DNA from: Trichomonas gallinae
Lineage: Eukaryota
Length of the DNA stretch: 38,800 nt
Direction: 5' to 3'
NCBI GenBank assembly: GCA_008369845.1
Contig: MRSU01005553.1
Location: 1-38,800 of the forward strand
Shown piece after piece: positions 29,717 to 38,800 of this stretch (the stretch's first letter is position 1; each line of letters starts with the position of its first letter). The position numbers were made by a program, and so were the translations under genes. A model generated the notes under the pieces. It ran no database searches. It was not told the origin of the DNA and was given only the letters and a program-made list of their open reading frames with translations.

Positions 29717-31527
29717 TGGTTCAATTTTTTCAGATATGCGGCGAAGTTTAACAACATTTTTACATTATTTTTGATGAATGTTTTAGTAGATTTTTGCATT
29801 TTTTCAGATGATAATGGGCTGTCATTATCATACATCATAGATTAATAATGATTAATTAGTTTGATCATGTAAATTGTATTCTTTGAATTTTTGTTAAAGA
29901 ATGTTTGAAACAGTTCAGAAAAAAATAAATTGAGTATATAATAATAGATTTTAAATATAAATACAAAATAATTGATTGAAAGGGGTTTTGGTTTGAGACA
30001 AACATTGAATTTTTTAAGAAGGAATTGTAAAACGCCAAATTAAGGGGAATGGCCCCAGGAAATAATTTAGATATAATAAAGATAATAGCCGGAATTGAAT
30101 ACTTTACAGATTATCTTAATAAAAATGCCTATAGTATGGTGTTTTTATTAAATTGAATAACAGTTTTGTTATGTTTACAAAACAATCAGATTCAAAATTG
30201 TGCGTTTTCAAAATTCCTTTCTTCTAAACAGGCACAGATACGTGTGATTTATATTTTTGTAATGAAGTAAAATTTAGTTTTGAATATATACAAATTTTAA
30301 TTATTGCTTATATTAGATTTATAGAACGATTTTATTTCAATGGAATTTTGATAGAAAATTCAAAAGTTAATTAATTCTATACGCAATTGTTTACTTCATG
30401 ATAACAGATGAAATTAACGTGTCATAAATTTTTTCTCAAAATTTCTAAGAATTTTACCTCCTTATTCCTCTAATCATTATAAACAGCTTTTCCGATAAAA
30501 TAACTAACAAAACTTGGCACCTTTCTGTTTGGTAGTTTTTTTTTTCCTAAGATTTTAGGGGGTTCTTCTTTGGGGTTTACTCATCATATGCTATCTAAAG
30601 CATGCTTATGATTTTTTACTTCCTTGAGAAAAACAGTGAATTGAAAATTTACATCGGAGGTTCTCGTATTTTTCGATTAGAGTTGCTGTTTATGGCTGCT
30701 TATAACATGCATATGTCATTCTATTGATCGCCAGAAAATAACAATAAGAATTTTTATTCAATCAAGGGTGTTGAAACTTCCAAATAGCCAATCAAATTGG
30801 CCCAAACTCCATATATAGGTAGAGTACCCTATGGAGGATACGTATGCCAAGTTCCTTGATGTTGCAGGACAGTTTTGATGATCAAAAAATTGACGATTTA
30901 TGATATATGTTTTAGAGGATGAAAATGGTTGTTATGGAATGTTATGTTTGATCCTATATCAAATTCATGATTTAAATTTGCAATATCATCTTCAATTTTA
31001 GAAGTATGTGATTATTTCATGCTTAGAATATGTACAACTGGATGTTGTAAACACGATGGAGTTAATCTTATGACTTGATGTTCAAGAGAGAAGAAATTCC
31101 CTCGTGCATCATTCGTTTGTTAAAATAAGGTTCTATGTTTCAACCTCTTTATTCAATCTTCAAAAACGAGCAATTTTTATTTTCATTCTTTCCGTTATAA
31201 TTGATTGACATTATGCATATGAAATACACTATCCTTATTGTCTATATCCATAGATTGATAAACTTTTATATCGAAATAAATTGCAATGTTTGCTTTTAAA
31301 TTCTATGTATTCATGCACAATATAAGTTATAATGTGCAATAATCATTCTATGTATTATTTGCATTCTCTATGTTTATAATGTCAAACATGTTCGAGATAA
31401 AAATAACAAAATATTTGTAATTGAATCTTAATGTTTTCCCTGAAAAATACTGATTTTAATTAGATACATGCAAGGTGTGGAATATATAAACAAATAAAAT
31501 ATTTAATTAACAAAACATAAAAAACAA

Positions 31528-34002
31528 TTATTGATATTTCTTCTTACCCAAGTTGAGGGCAGCTAAGATATCATCATCGAGCTGCGCCTTTGGCTGGTTA
31601 GGATTCTGAAAAACTGGTTCTGGCTTAGGTTCTTCGCGTGGAGGAGGCTGTGCATTCTTCTTCATTAGCAAACTTGACGAAGAATACTCAGAACTCATGA
31701 ATTCATCCTTCTTCTTAAAAGCACCTGTCTGTGGCTCATACTGCTGCTGTTGTTGTTGCTTAGCATGCTTTTGCTGAGCTTTTGGTTTCTTGTGCTTCTT
31801 TTCGTCATCTGAACCAAATTCGTCATTGAAAACATCCTTCTTTGGCTTAGCTTTGGCTTGGTTAAGAGCCAAATGAAGTGTAGGCTTCTTATTGATAACT
31901 CTAGGCTGCTCAGGCTGTTGTTGCTGCTGTTTCGGTTGAGTGTCATCAAGTAATTTATCAAATGATGATTCTGCGGAATTGTCTTCCCCTTTGTCTAACG
32001 AAATCTGTTTGGCTGGATTTTGTGGAGCAGGTTTCTTATTTGAATCATCACCAATAATTTTCGCAAAACTGTCTGATTCATCATCATCGTCATCAGTTTT
32101 GACTAGTGGTTTAGGTTTTTCTTCTTGCTTTGGAGCTTCTTTTGGTTTTTCTGGTGCTTTTTGTTCACGTTCATCAGAGCTTGATGCGAAATCTAATTCA
32201 TCATCTTTCTTGTTGCTTTCAGATGATGAAGAAGAAGCAAACTGAATGTTATCAGGATTCTTTTCTGAAGAGTTTTCGCTTTCATCTATTTCGAGTTGAG
32301 TCTTATCTTCTTCAGTAGATTTAGAACTGTTAGAATTTTTCTCTTTCTTTTCTTCTTTATCACTTTTGTCTTTCTTTTCATTATCTGATTTAGAAGAATT
32401 GGAGCTTTTCTCCTTTTTGTGTTTTTTGTCTTTAGTTGATTTTTCTTTCTTTTCGTTGTCTGATTTAGAAGAATTGGAGTTTTTCTCCTTTTTGTGCTTC
32501 TTTGATTCTTCTTTGTTTTTATCATCTGACTTCTTGTCATCTTTCTTTTGCTCGCTTTTGCTTTTTTCTTCTCTATTTGATTCTCTTTTTTCATCATTCT
32601 TTTTATAGTCTTCGCTTTTGGGTTCTGGACGTTTGCGCGGCGGATCGGGTGTAGTTGTGTCGACTATTATTGGGCTGTCGCTATCGCTACTCTTATCTTT
32701 CACTAGTTTTAATTTCGATTTTTCGGATTTTGATTTTTCTGATTTAGATTTCTCGGATTTAGAGCGAGATTTCTCTGATTTAGACTTTTCTGACTTGGAT
32801 TTATCTGATTTAGATTTTTCTGAATTTGAAGTAGAATTATCACTGGAGCTAGATTTACTGCCAGAACTTGATGTGCTTGATTCTTCCTCTTCAAAATTCT
32901 GCAGATTTTGATGAGTTTTGATTAATGTTCTTAAATTCTTCATATATTCATTACCTTTATTGAGTTGCTCCATTCTATATGATAAAAGAGCTGTTCTAGC
33001 CATGCTAGTTATCTCAATGTCTTCTGGCGCAATTTCTTCAATAGATTTAGCAAATCCTTCTCGAATTGCTTTTTCTTTCTTTGATTGTTGAATAAAGAAA
33101 CCTTCTTTCTTAACACAATCGTGTATTTTCTTCTGTATTTCGTCAATTTCTGCCTCATCTTCAATTCTTATCGATGGTTTGAAATAATGGTCAACTCTTC
33201 TAGTTAAGAACTTAGGAATCTTAAGCTTTTCTATATCAAGCGCTGGGCTGTCGAATATAATAGCAGGCTTCGTTGTATGAAGATTTGATGAATTAAATTG
33301 AATTTCGAGTAGTGGAGGCTGATATCTTTCATCATTCTTTTCAATGTATACGGTAGATGGGTTCGATAATGTGATGGTTGTTCCTTTACTAGAAGGATTA
33401 AATCTCGTAATTTGTTCAATCCAAGAACCAGACTGTAAAGTTGAATTCTGGTTACGAATTGTTTCTTTAAGTTTGTCTATTTGATCGTTTAAATGCTTTG
33501 TTTCTTCTGTAAAGTCATCATCTTCATTCTTGCGAATCGTTAACCACGCGTGATAGAAATTTGGATGCATTGATGTAATGTGTCTGTCTAAGTAGGAAGA
33601 ATTTTTAAACTTCATCCCGCATGAAGGGCATTTTTCCATATCTTTTAATTTCATTAATTTTCCTTGTAGTTTTCTTACTTTTTCTTGCAATGATTTTGTT
33701 TTGTTGGATAATGATTCGTTTGATTCTTTGAATTCATTGTTCTCTCGATTAGTTAGATCAATTGAATTCATTAAATATCTGAGAATTACTTGTAAAAGTC
33801 GCAATAAATGATATACTGTTGGATTATTTACGAAAAGAAAGTCTTGTTTTGAAAATTGTGCTGTATTAAAAGCAGATACAATTTCGGACATCGAGCTAAA
33901 GTCTTGCTGAGCGTTTAATTTCTTCGGGTCATAGTTTGCTACAATCGACCAATCAAAACTCATCGGTCCAGTTCTCGGCCCTTTTCCGTCTAAATCATCC
34001 AT
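31528..34002 (-). CDS. DZIP1/Iguana-like protein (Dzip-like N domain, coiled coil, C2H2 finger, long low-complexity tail)
   Basis: 824 aa. FDWSIVANYD...QD...LLRLLQVILRYL resembles the Dzip-like N-terminal domain. It is followed by a coiled coil and CPSCGMKFKNSSYLDRHITSMH. The C-terminal half is S/K/E/D/Q-rich. Confidence 0.8.
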   Translation of the reverse strand: MDDLDGKGPRTGPMSFDWSIVANYDPKKLNAQQDFSSMSEIVSAFNTAQFSKQDFLFVNNPTVYHLLRLLQVILRYLMNSIDLTNRENNEFKESNESLSNKTKSLQEKVRKLQGKLMKLKDMEKCPSCGMKFKNSSYLDRHITSMHPNFYHAWLTIRKNEDDDFTEETKHLNDQIDKLKETIRNQNSTLQSGSWIEQITRFNPSSKGTTITLSNPSTVYIEKNDERYQPPLLEIQFNSSNLHTTKPAIIFDSPALDIEKLKIPKFLTRRVDHYFKPSIRIEDEAEIDEIQKKIHDCVKKEGFFIQQSKKEKAIREGFAKSIEEIAPEDIEITSMARTALLSYRMEQLNKGNEYMKNLRTLIKTHQNLQNFEEEESSTSSSGSKSSSSDNSTSNSEKSKSDKSKSEKSKSEKSRSKSEKSKSEKSKSEKSKLKLVKDKSSDSDSPIIVDTTTPDPPRKRPEPKSEDYKKNDEKRESNREEKSKSEQKKDDKKSDDKNKEESKKHKKEKNSNSSKSDNEKKEKSTKDKKHKKEKSSNSSKSDNEKKDKSDKEEKKEKNSNSSKSTEEDKTQLEIDESENSSEKNPDNIQFASSSSSESNKKDDELDFASSSDEREQKAPEKPKEAPKQEEKPKPLVKTDDDDDESDSFAKIIGDDSNKKPAPQNPAKQISLDKGEDNSAESSFDKLLDDTQPKQQQQQPEQPRVINKKPTLHLALNQAKAKPKKDVFNDEFGSDDEKKHKKPKAQQKHAKQQQQQQYEPQTGAFKKKDEFMSSEYSSSSLLMKKNAQPPPREEPKPEPVFQNPNQPKAQLDDDILAALNLGKKKYQ
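32371..32825. repeat. Coding repeats: 75-bp duplication (25 aa) and a 15-bp SEKSK array
   Basis: TCTGATTTAGAAGAATTGGAG at 32384 and 32459. About seven S[ED]KS[KR] units are encoded at about 32713-32825. Confidence 0.85.
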
Positions 34003-34812
34003 AAAAATTTATATAACTTTTTTTGGTATTTTTTACACAAGGATGGAATAAATCCATAGAGTTTCACTTTTCCAAATACATATTTGGTAAATTTTTTAAA
34101 AAATCATTTTACAAAAATCTGACATTTTGACACTCTCCACTTTTTAAAATTCGGACATCTGACGCTTTACAATGACAGATTTTCTTAAAAAATGACATAT
34201 TTCTTCTTCATTTTAACTTTATTCATATATGAATTCACTTATTTGATTGAAGTACATGAATTTAATCATCAAAAAGTTGCAATATATACGATATCTAATG
34301 ACAATAATAAATATTTATTGATATATTTATATCATTTTGAATTACTACCATTATCATGTATATTATTATGTTATATTGTTCAATATGAACTGAAATGTTC
34401 TCATTTACATATTATTATCCATTAATATTATAATATTATATTGAATTATTGTTTTAATATATCATCACTATAGAATATGATAACTATAAATATTCCATCA
34501 ATTACATGTTAATACCATAATAGAAATTGCTTGAATTAATAAATGATAAATCACTGTTAAGGAATACTTATTTTACATATATACTGCAGTTAATCTGTAT
34601 TATATAAATGTTCAAAAATGATAATTCATTATCAGTTTAGTACCAATTCTGTTTATTCGAATTTCGATAAAATTATTTATCAAAAAAGTTGCATAAACAA
34701 TATGTTCTTGGAGATTGATGTGATCTTTAAGTCATGGGATGTTAAATAGATTCAAAAAAGCAACTAAGATAATAAAAAGTATAATTTTACGCAAAATTGT
34801 TTTAAGTATATC

Positions 34813-35238
34813 TTAGTATGGGCTCTGTTGAATAGCAATTGGAACTGGTTCTCCTTTTTGTTCTATGCTGTATGTTGAAGTATTGATATTTGGATTTGGC
34901 TGTTTGTTTTCTCCAAAGTAGTATTCATATGGAGAGGCACCAAGATTACGCTTCTTCATCTCGATGGCATCGAGGCATGTGCCGATTTCTGGAAGGCAGC
35001 AGAACCAAATGCAATCCTCTGTAAAGTTTCTACGTGCATGAATGCGTGTACGAATAATTTGGCGAATCCAATATGGATGTAAGAAGCAGCAACAATGGTA
35101 TAATTGGCAATTGTCACCGGTGACCGTTGCAGTATTGGTTCCCAATGAGCATGGGAAGCAGCAGCATGTGTATAAAACGATATTAAGGTTCTCAAAAATA
35201 TCAGTCAATGAGGTAGTGAAGTGTCCTTCAGTCTCCAT
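34813..35238 (-). CDS. PLAC8 family Cys-rich protein
   Basis: 141 aa. F.TSL.D.F......YTCCCFPC..G.N, CCC...YWIR..IR, and EDC...CC.P....L...EM pattern. Confidence 0.88.
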   Translation of the reverse strand: METEGHFTTSLTDIFENLNIVLYTCCCFPCSLGTNTATVTGDNCQLYHCCCFLHPYWIRQIIRTRIHARRNFTEDCIWFCCLPEIGTCLDAIEMKKRNLGASPYEYYFGENKQPNPNINTSTYSIEQKGEPVPIAIQQSPY

Positions 35239-35756
35239 TTTGACATGGCACTTTTTTCAAATTTTTCGAAATAAAATCATAATTATATATATTGACTATT
35301 CCAATGAAGCAAAAATTATGATTTTGAGGGGCATAATTTTTTATATGGGGGCAAAATGTAGATATCGATAACCGCACTTTTTTTTTCACAGTCATGAAAA
35401 GTTTTTTTTTTTTATCATTTTTTATCATAAACATTGTCCAAAAACTAGAATAAGCATTTGCAGATTGCCACGAGCTTCTATTTAGATATATATGGATTCC
35501 CTTCCAAAAAGTGACTCTCAATAGAAAGAAAATACTCATTGAATAATTCTATGAGAGTTATCAAATAGTTTGCAGTACCGGTTTTTAGAAAATTATCAAT
35601 AGTTTAACCTTAATTCGTAAAGTGTCAAAATGACAGATACCGAAACCCCGTTCACGATATCATGATATAGGAACAAGACAATTTACATATAGATTATACA
35701 TGCAAAAGTGGTGGTGGGTGTCAAAACCGCTCCCATTAAAAAGTGTCATATTGATA

Positions 35757-35945
35757 ATGACAAGACGAGGTAGGCCGGTTCCTGATGGTTATGAATATGA
35801 TGAAGTATACTCAACTTCAAAAAATGCCAGATATAGATGCACTTTTACTAATGAATATGGCTTGAGATGCTTACCTAAAATGCAAACTGGCTTGAAAATG
35901 CAAACTGGAAATTTTTACCTAAAATTGCATGCATGTATAATATAG
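35757..35945 (+). pseudogene. Short or truncated ORF (MTRRGRPVPDGYEYDEVYSTSKNARYRCTFTNEYGLRC...), possible gene or transposase 5' fragment
   Basis: The ATG is preceded by AAAAGTGTCATATT (initiator-like). The first 38 codons look protein-like; the frame then runs into a local duplication (AAAATGCAAACTGG twice, TTACCTAAAAT twice). Confidence 0.3.
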
Positions 35946-36000
35946 ATCCTTTAGATGGCAATGCACACATTGATAGAGTGATTTTTGCAAAAAAGTTAGA

Positions 36001-36137
36001 TTTTGTTATGTAAATTATAATTTTGGCATGTAAAATTCAAATATTTTTGTGTCTTGTAAAATTATATTTGTTTTGTAATGCTTTGAAATTGTTTGAATTT
36101 TGTTATGTAAATTTTCATTTTTGTCACGTAAATTAGA
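36001..36137. repeat. Degenerate ~20-bp minisatellite (TTTTGTYATGTAAATT-like, about 5 copies)
   Basis: TTTTGTTATGTAAATT is exact at 36001 and 36098. Variants: TTTTGGCATGTAAAATT, TTTGTGTCTTGTAAAATT, TTTTGTCACGTAAATT. Confidence 0.75.
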
Positions 36138-36209
36138 AATTAAAATTCAACAAAAAATTAAGCAGATCATTTATAATACTACGAGATGAGCAATTTTTGA
36201 AAAAAATCC

Positions 36210-36214
36210 TCATT
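36210..36214 (+). promoter_or_regulatory. Initiator TCATT
   Basis: Ends 4 nt before ATG 36219. Confidence 0.55.
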
Positions 36215-36218
36215 CTTT

Positions 36219-37580
36219 ATGATGGAATTGAATGTAACAATGCCACAAATGGCAAAAACAGCCAGAACACCACGTCCATCATTTAGGGTTCAAGCTCCTC
36301 GATTCACTATTAACGAGCCAGCAACGCCTCGCTTTAGAAAATCAGCCAGATTTTCGCAAACTGAAAAACTCCTACGAGAAACATCACTTCTATCAAATGT
36401 TCCACTATCACCGCATGAAGTTGTTCATAATTATGCAGGATTTTTAACTATATTCGAACTTACCGAAATTTTTAATTTTAACGAAATTTATTACATAGGT
36501 AGATTGCCTCAAAAAATCAATCCACATGTTGGATTATCTCATAACAGAGGCTTTGATGATAATAATGGAAACTTAATTTCAAAAATTAATGATCATATTT
36601 CATATCGATATCAAATTAAACAGATACTCGGTGAAAGTGATCACGCAATAACTACACTTTCATATGATCACAAACTTTGTAGGAATATTGTTTTAAAAAT
36701 CCTTTCATCAAAATGCTCAAATTATGAATTACCGGCACTGAAGCAATTAAGCCAATCAAAATGCGTTGTGCACTTATACGCATCATTTATATTTCGAAAT
36801 CACATCATCATATGCGAAGAAGTTTTAGGAGCAAATGTTTATTCAATTTTATCTTCGAACAAAGATGCTGCCACAATAAATTTCGCTCGGTCATTTGGTA
36901 AGTGCTTATTTTCTGCACTCAATGACTGTCACAATCGAAAAATTTTTCACGGAAAAGTTAATCTTAGAAATATTTTGGTTGATCCTTCTCAAATACATGC
37001 TTCTTTTAAACTAGTTGACTTTAGTTCATGCAACAAGTTCGAAAATTACAAGAAAACGCCTAAAAGGTTAATAGAACGTGCACCAGAAGAACTTTTAGTT
37101 TATAAATCATCACCTGATAAGATAGATATATGGAATGCAGCACTAACTTTGTGCAACATCGTTCTCGGCACGCCACTCATCACGGGGAAGAATCCAAAAG
37201 CTGTTATTTTCGAAATCAGAAGAATTTCAGGTGAGCCACCACAGCATATTTCTTCATCATGCGGAAAACCAGATCTATTAGTAATGACGGCCGACGAAAG
37301 TCAGAACAAAACTGTTCCTCAGATTCCAATAGAAGTCAATGGGGAAGAGGAAGATGATAGTTATGAAGAAGAAGACTTAGAAGAAGAGGAAGAAGAAGAG
37401 AAAAAAGGTGAAATTTTAATTCCTAAGAAAAGAGATTTGCTAAAAGTTTTCCGTGATCAAAACTTCACTGACGTAATCATGAGATGCCTGAAATGGGTTC
37501 CTGAAGAAAGGCCAAGCGCTGGACAAATTTTAACAATGCCTTTCTTTGTTGGCCTCCCTGAGCTTAAGAAGGGAAAATAA
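36219..37580 (+). CDS. CMGC/DYRK-like kinase-fold protein, probable pseudokinase
   Basis: 453 aa. Class-2 DYRK N-terminal features (LT.FE..EI.....IYYIG, GFDD.NG..., DHI.YRY....LG), F.FRNH.II..E.LG, ERAPE, IDIW and CL.W.PEERPSA. The catalytic loop is HGKVNLRN and the DFG is DFS. Confidence 0.9.
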   Translation: MMELNVTMPQMAKTARTPRPSFRVQAPRFTINEPATPRFRKSARFSQTEKLLRETSLLSNVPLSPHEVVHNYAGFLTIFELTEIFNFNEIYYIGRLPQKINPHVGLSHNRGFDDNNGNLISKINDHISYRYQIKQILGESDHAITTLSYDHKLCRNIVLKILSSKCSNYELPALKQLSQSKCVVHLYASFIFRNHIIICEEVLGANVYSILSSNKDAATINFARSFGKCLFSALNDCHNRKIFHGKVNLRNILVDPSQIHASFKLVDFSSCNKFENYKKTPKRLIERAPEELLVYKSSPDKIDIWNAALTLCNIVLGTPLITGKNPKAVIFEIRRISGEPPQHISSSCGKPDLLVMTADESQNKTVPQIPIEVNGEEEDDSYEEEDLEEEEEEEKKGEILIPKKRDLLKVFRDQNFTDVIMRCLKWVPEERPSAGQILTMPFFVGLPELKKGK

Positions 37581-37827
37581 ATTCTGTTTGTATGTTTTTT
37601 TTTTTTATAATTAATCTAATATTTTTTGATTCAACATGTTTTTCATTCATGAATTTCGAAATATTTTTGGGAGTTTGCAAATGAGTCAAACTATTTGCAA
37701 ATAAAAATTTCGAAAAATTTTTCGATTAACTTTCTCCATGATCTCATCTATGTTTAATTCGTCCTGGACAATGACTTGTAGTCTGTAGCCGCATTTGTAA
37801 GTTTGACGAAGTTCACTCGGAGAACCA

Positions 37828-38637
37828 TTGAAGATGATGCCAGCATATATATACTTGGCTAGCTATATAATATGCTGGCATGGAGCTCCAATAACCACAG
37901 TTTTCGAGAAACAGAATAGAGAATGCAATTCTCCAATTCCAGACTTTTTCAATCTAGATCCAAAGCTAACAAGAGCTTATGCGGCGAGACAAAATGAGTT
38001 TCACTTTTCAGGCTACGTGAGGACGATAGATGTTACCACAAACGCGAAAAATTTCATGACATACAAAAGAAATGGTAGGCTGAAGAGTTTGACTGACTTC
38101 TACTGGGCAAATTACATCATTGCTGCATCAGCTTTTAACGATAAATTGGATAGCTGTGGAGTCGCAACATGTATTGATTTGAGACAGTTTTTGCCAATAT
38201 ATGATTTTAACTTTGCCAACTGTTTCTCTCATATTTCTACTTCAACATATGCTTCAAAAGATGACACTGTTGAAGAACTAATGAAGCGCATGAGGGTTGA
38301 CTTCAATAAAAAAGTTAAGCAAGGTTAGCATATTGTTTCTCTGATTGGATGCTTTAAGGTAGAAGGTCCATTCAAAGATGTCTAGGTGCAGCCAAGTGTA
38401 CTTAATGTTGGATTTTCAGAAGTAATTCCTTATTATGCTTATTCGGTTGAAAAAGATGGCAAAAATATCATCTATGGAAGACTAAGACACTCAACATCAG
38501 CATGTAGTGACAAAGAAGCTCAAATTCTTGTTAACTCGTTGAATTATGGAATGGAAAATGTGTCCCCTTCAATGAAAATTGGTGGAGCAATTGATATGTT
38601 GAATGATTATCAATTCAATCTAAAAAAAAATTGCTAG
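37828..38637 (+). pseudogene. Stop-interrupted gene remnant, tentatively of a CoA-dependent acyltransferase/condensation-fold-like trichomonad family
   Basis: Track ORFs 37828..38328 and 38386..38637 are in the same frame, separated by TAG 38326-28, 18 sense codons and TAG 38383-85 (KQG*HIVSLIGCFKVEGPFKDV*VQ). The TCIDLRQFL....FANCFS...T.EELMKRMR.DF motif resembles the DLR..GN motif of that fold. The 5' end is unclear. Confidence 0.6.
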
Positions 38638-38800
38638 ATGAAACACATATTAAAGACTATAAATAAGGATGTTGCATATAAATATTTTATTTCAACACAT
38701 TTTATTTTGCCCCACATATTAAAAGGGTTTCCGACTCATAACCTTATTCGAAAATTTGGCTCCCGAGTTAATTCAAGTTAATCTATTAGATTGTTTAATA

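Noticed and set aside
30044..30056. GGGGAATGGCCCC hairpin and nearby GGGGTTTTGG
   Set aside because: Only a 4-bp stem with no Helitron CTRR end, and a single telomere-like word is not an array.
37828..38637. UAG reassignment or readthrough as a genetic-code variant
   Set aside because: Over 9000 codons of intact genes contain no internal TAG, and the two TAGs appear to replace different residue types. Pseudogenisation is more parsimonious.

Overview
AT-rich, gene-dense, essentially intron-free eukaryotic DNA. It is most consistent with a trichomonad (Trichomonas-like parabasalid): it has a BspA/TpLRR gene, TCAYT initiator, CCTTT and AAAGTGAC core-promoter motifs, and stop codons that form the TAAA poly(A) signal in 6 of 11 intact genes. 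The species cannot be determined from sequence alone. Eleven intact CDSs are supported: BspA-like LRR protein, V-ATPase subunit a, RPS27, a BEACH/WD40 protein, a CK2-like pseudokinase, a TOR-like PIKK, a 1379-aa type I surface protein, a 155-aa hypothetical protein, a DZIP1/Iguana-like C2H2 protein, a PLAC8 protein and a DYRK-like pseudokinase. There is also a stop-interrupted pseudogene at the right end. The most notable unexplained signals are: (1) a candidate 23-nt GT-AG intron in the BspA gene whose ends form a perfect 7-bp hairpin and which lacks the usual trichomonad branch motif; (2) a degenerate ~100-bp repeat family in two divergent intergenic regions, in both orientations; (3) a probable Tc1/pogo-type transposon end at the left edge; (4) an 18/20 motif at the same distance upstream of two divergently oriented starts. 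All family calls come from motif recognition by eye; no database searches were run.
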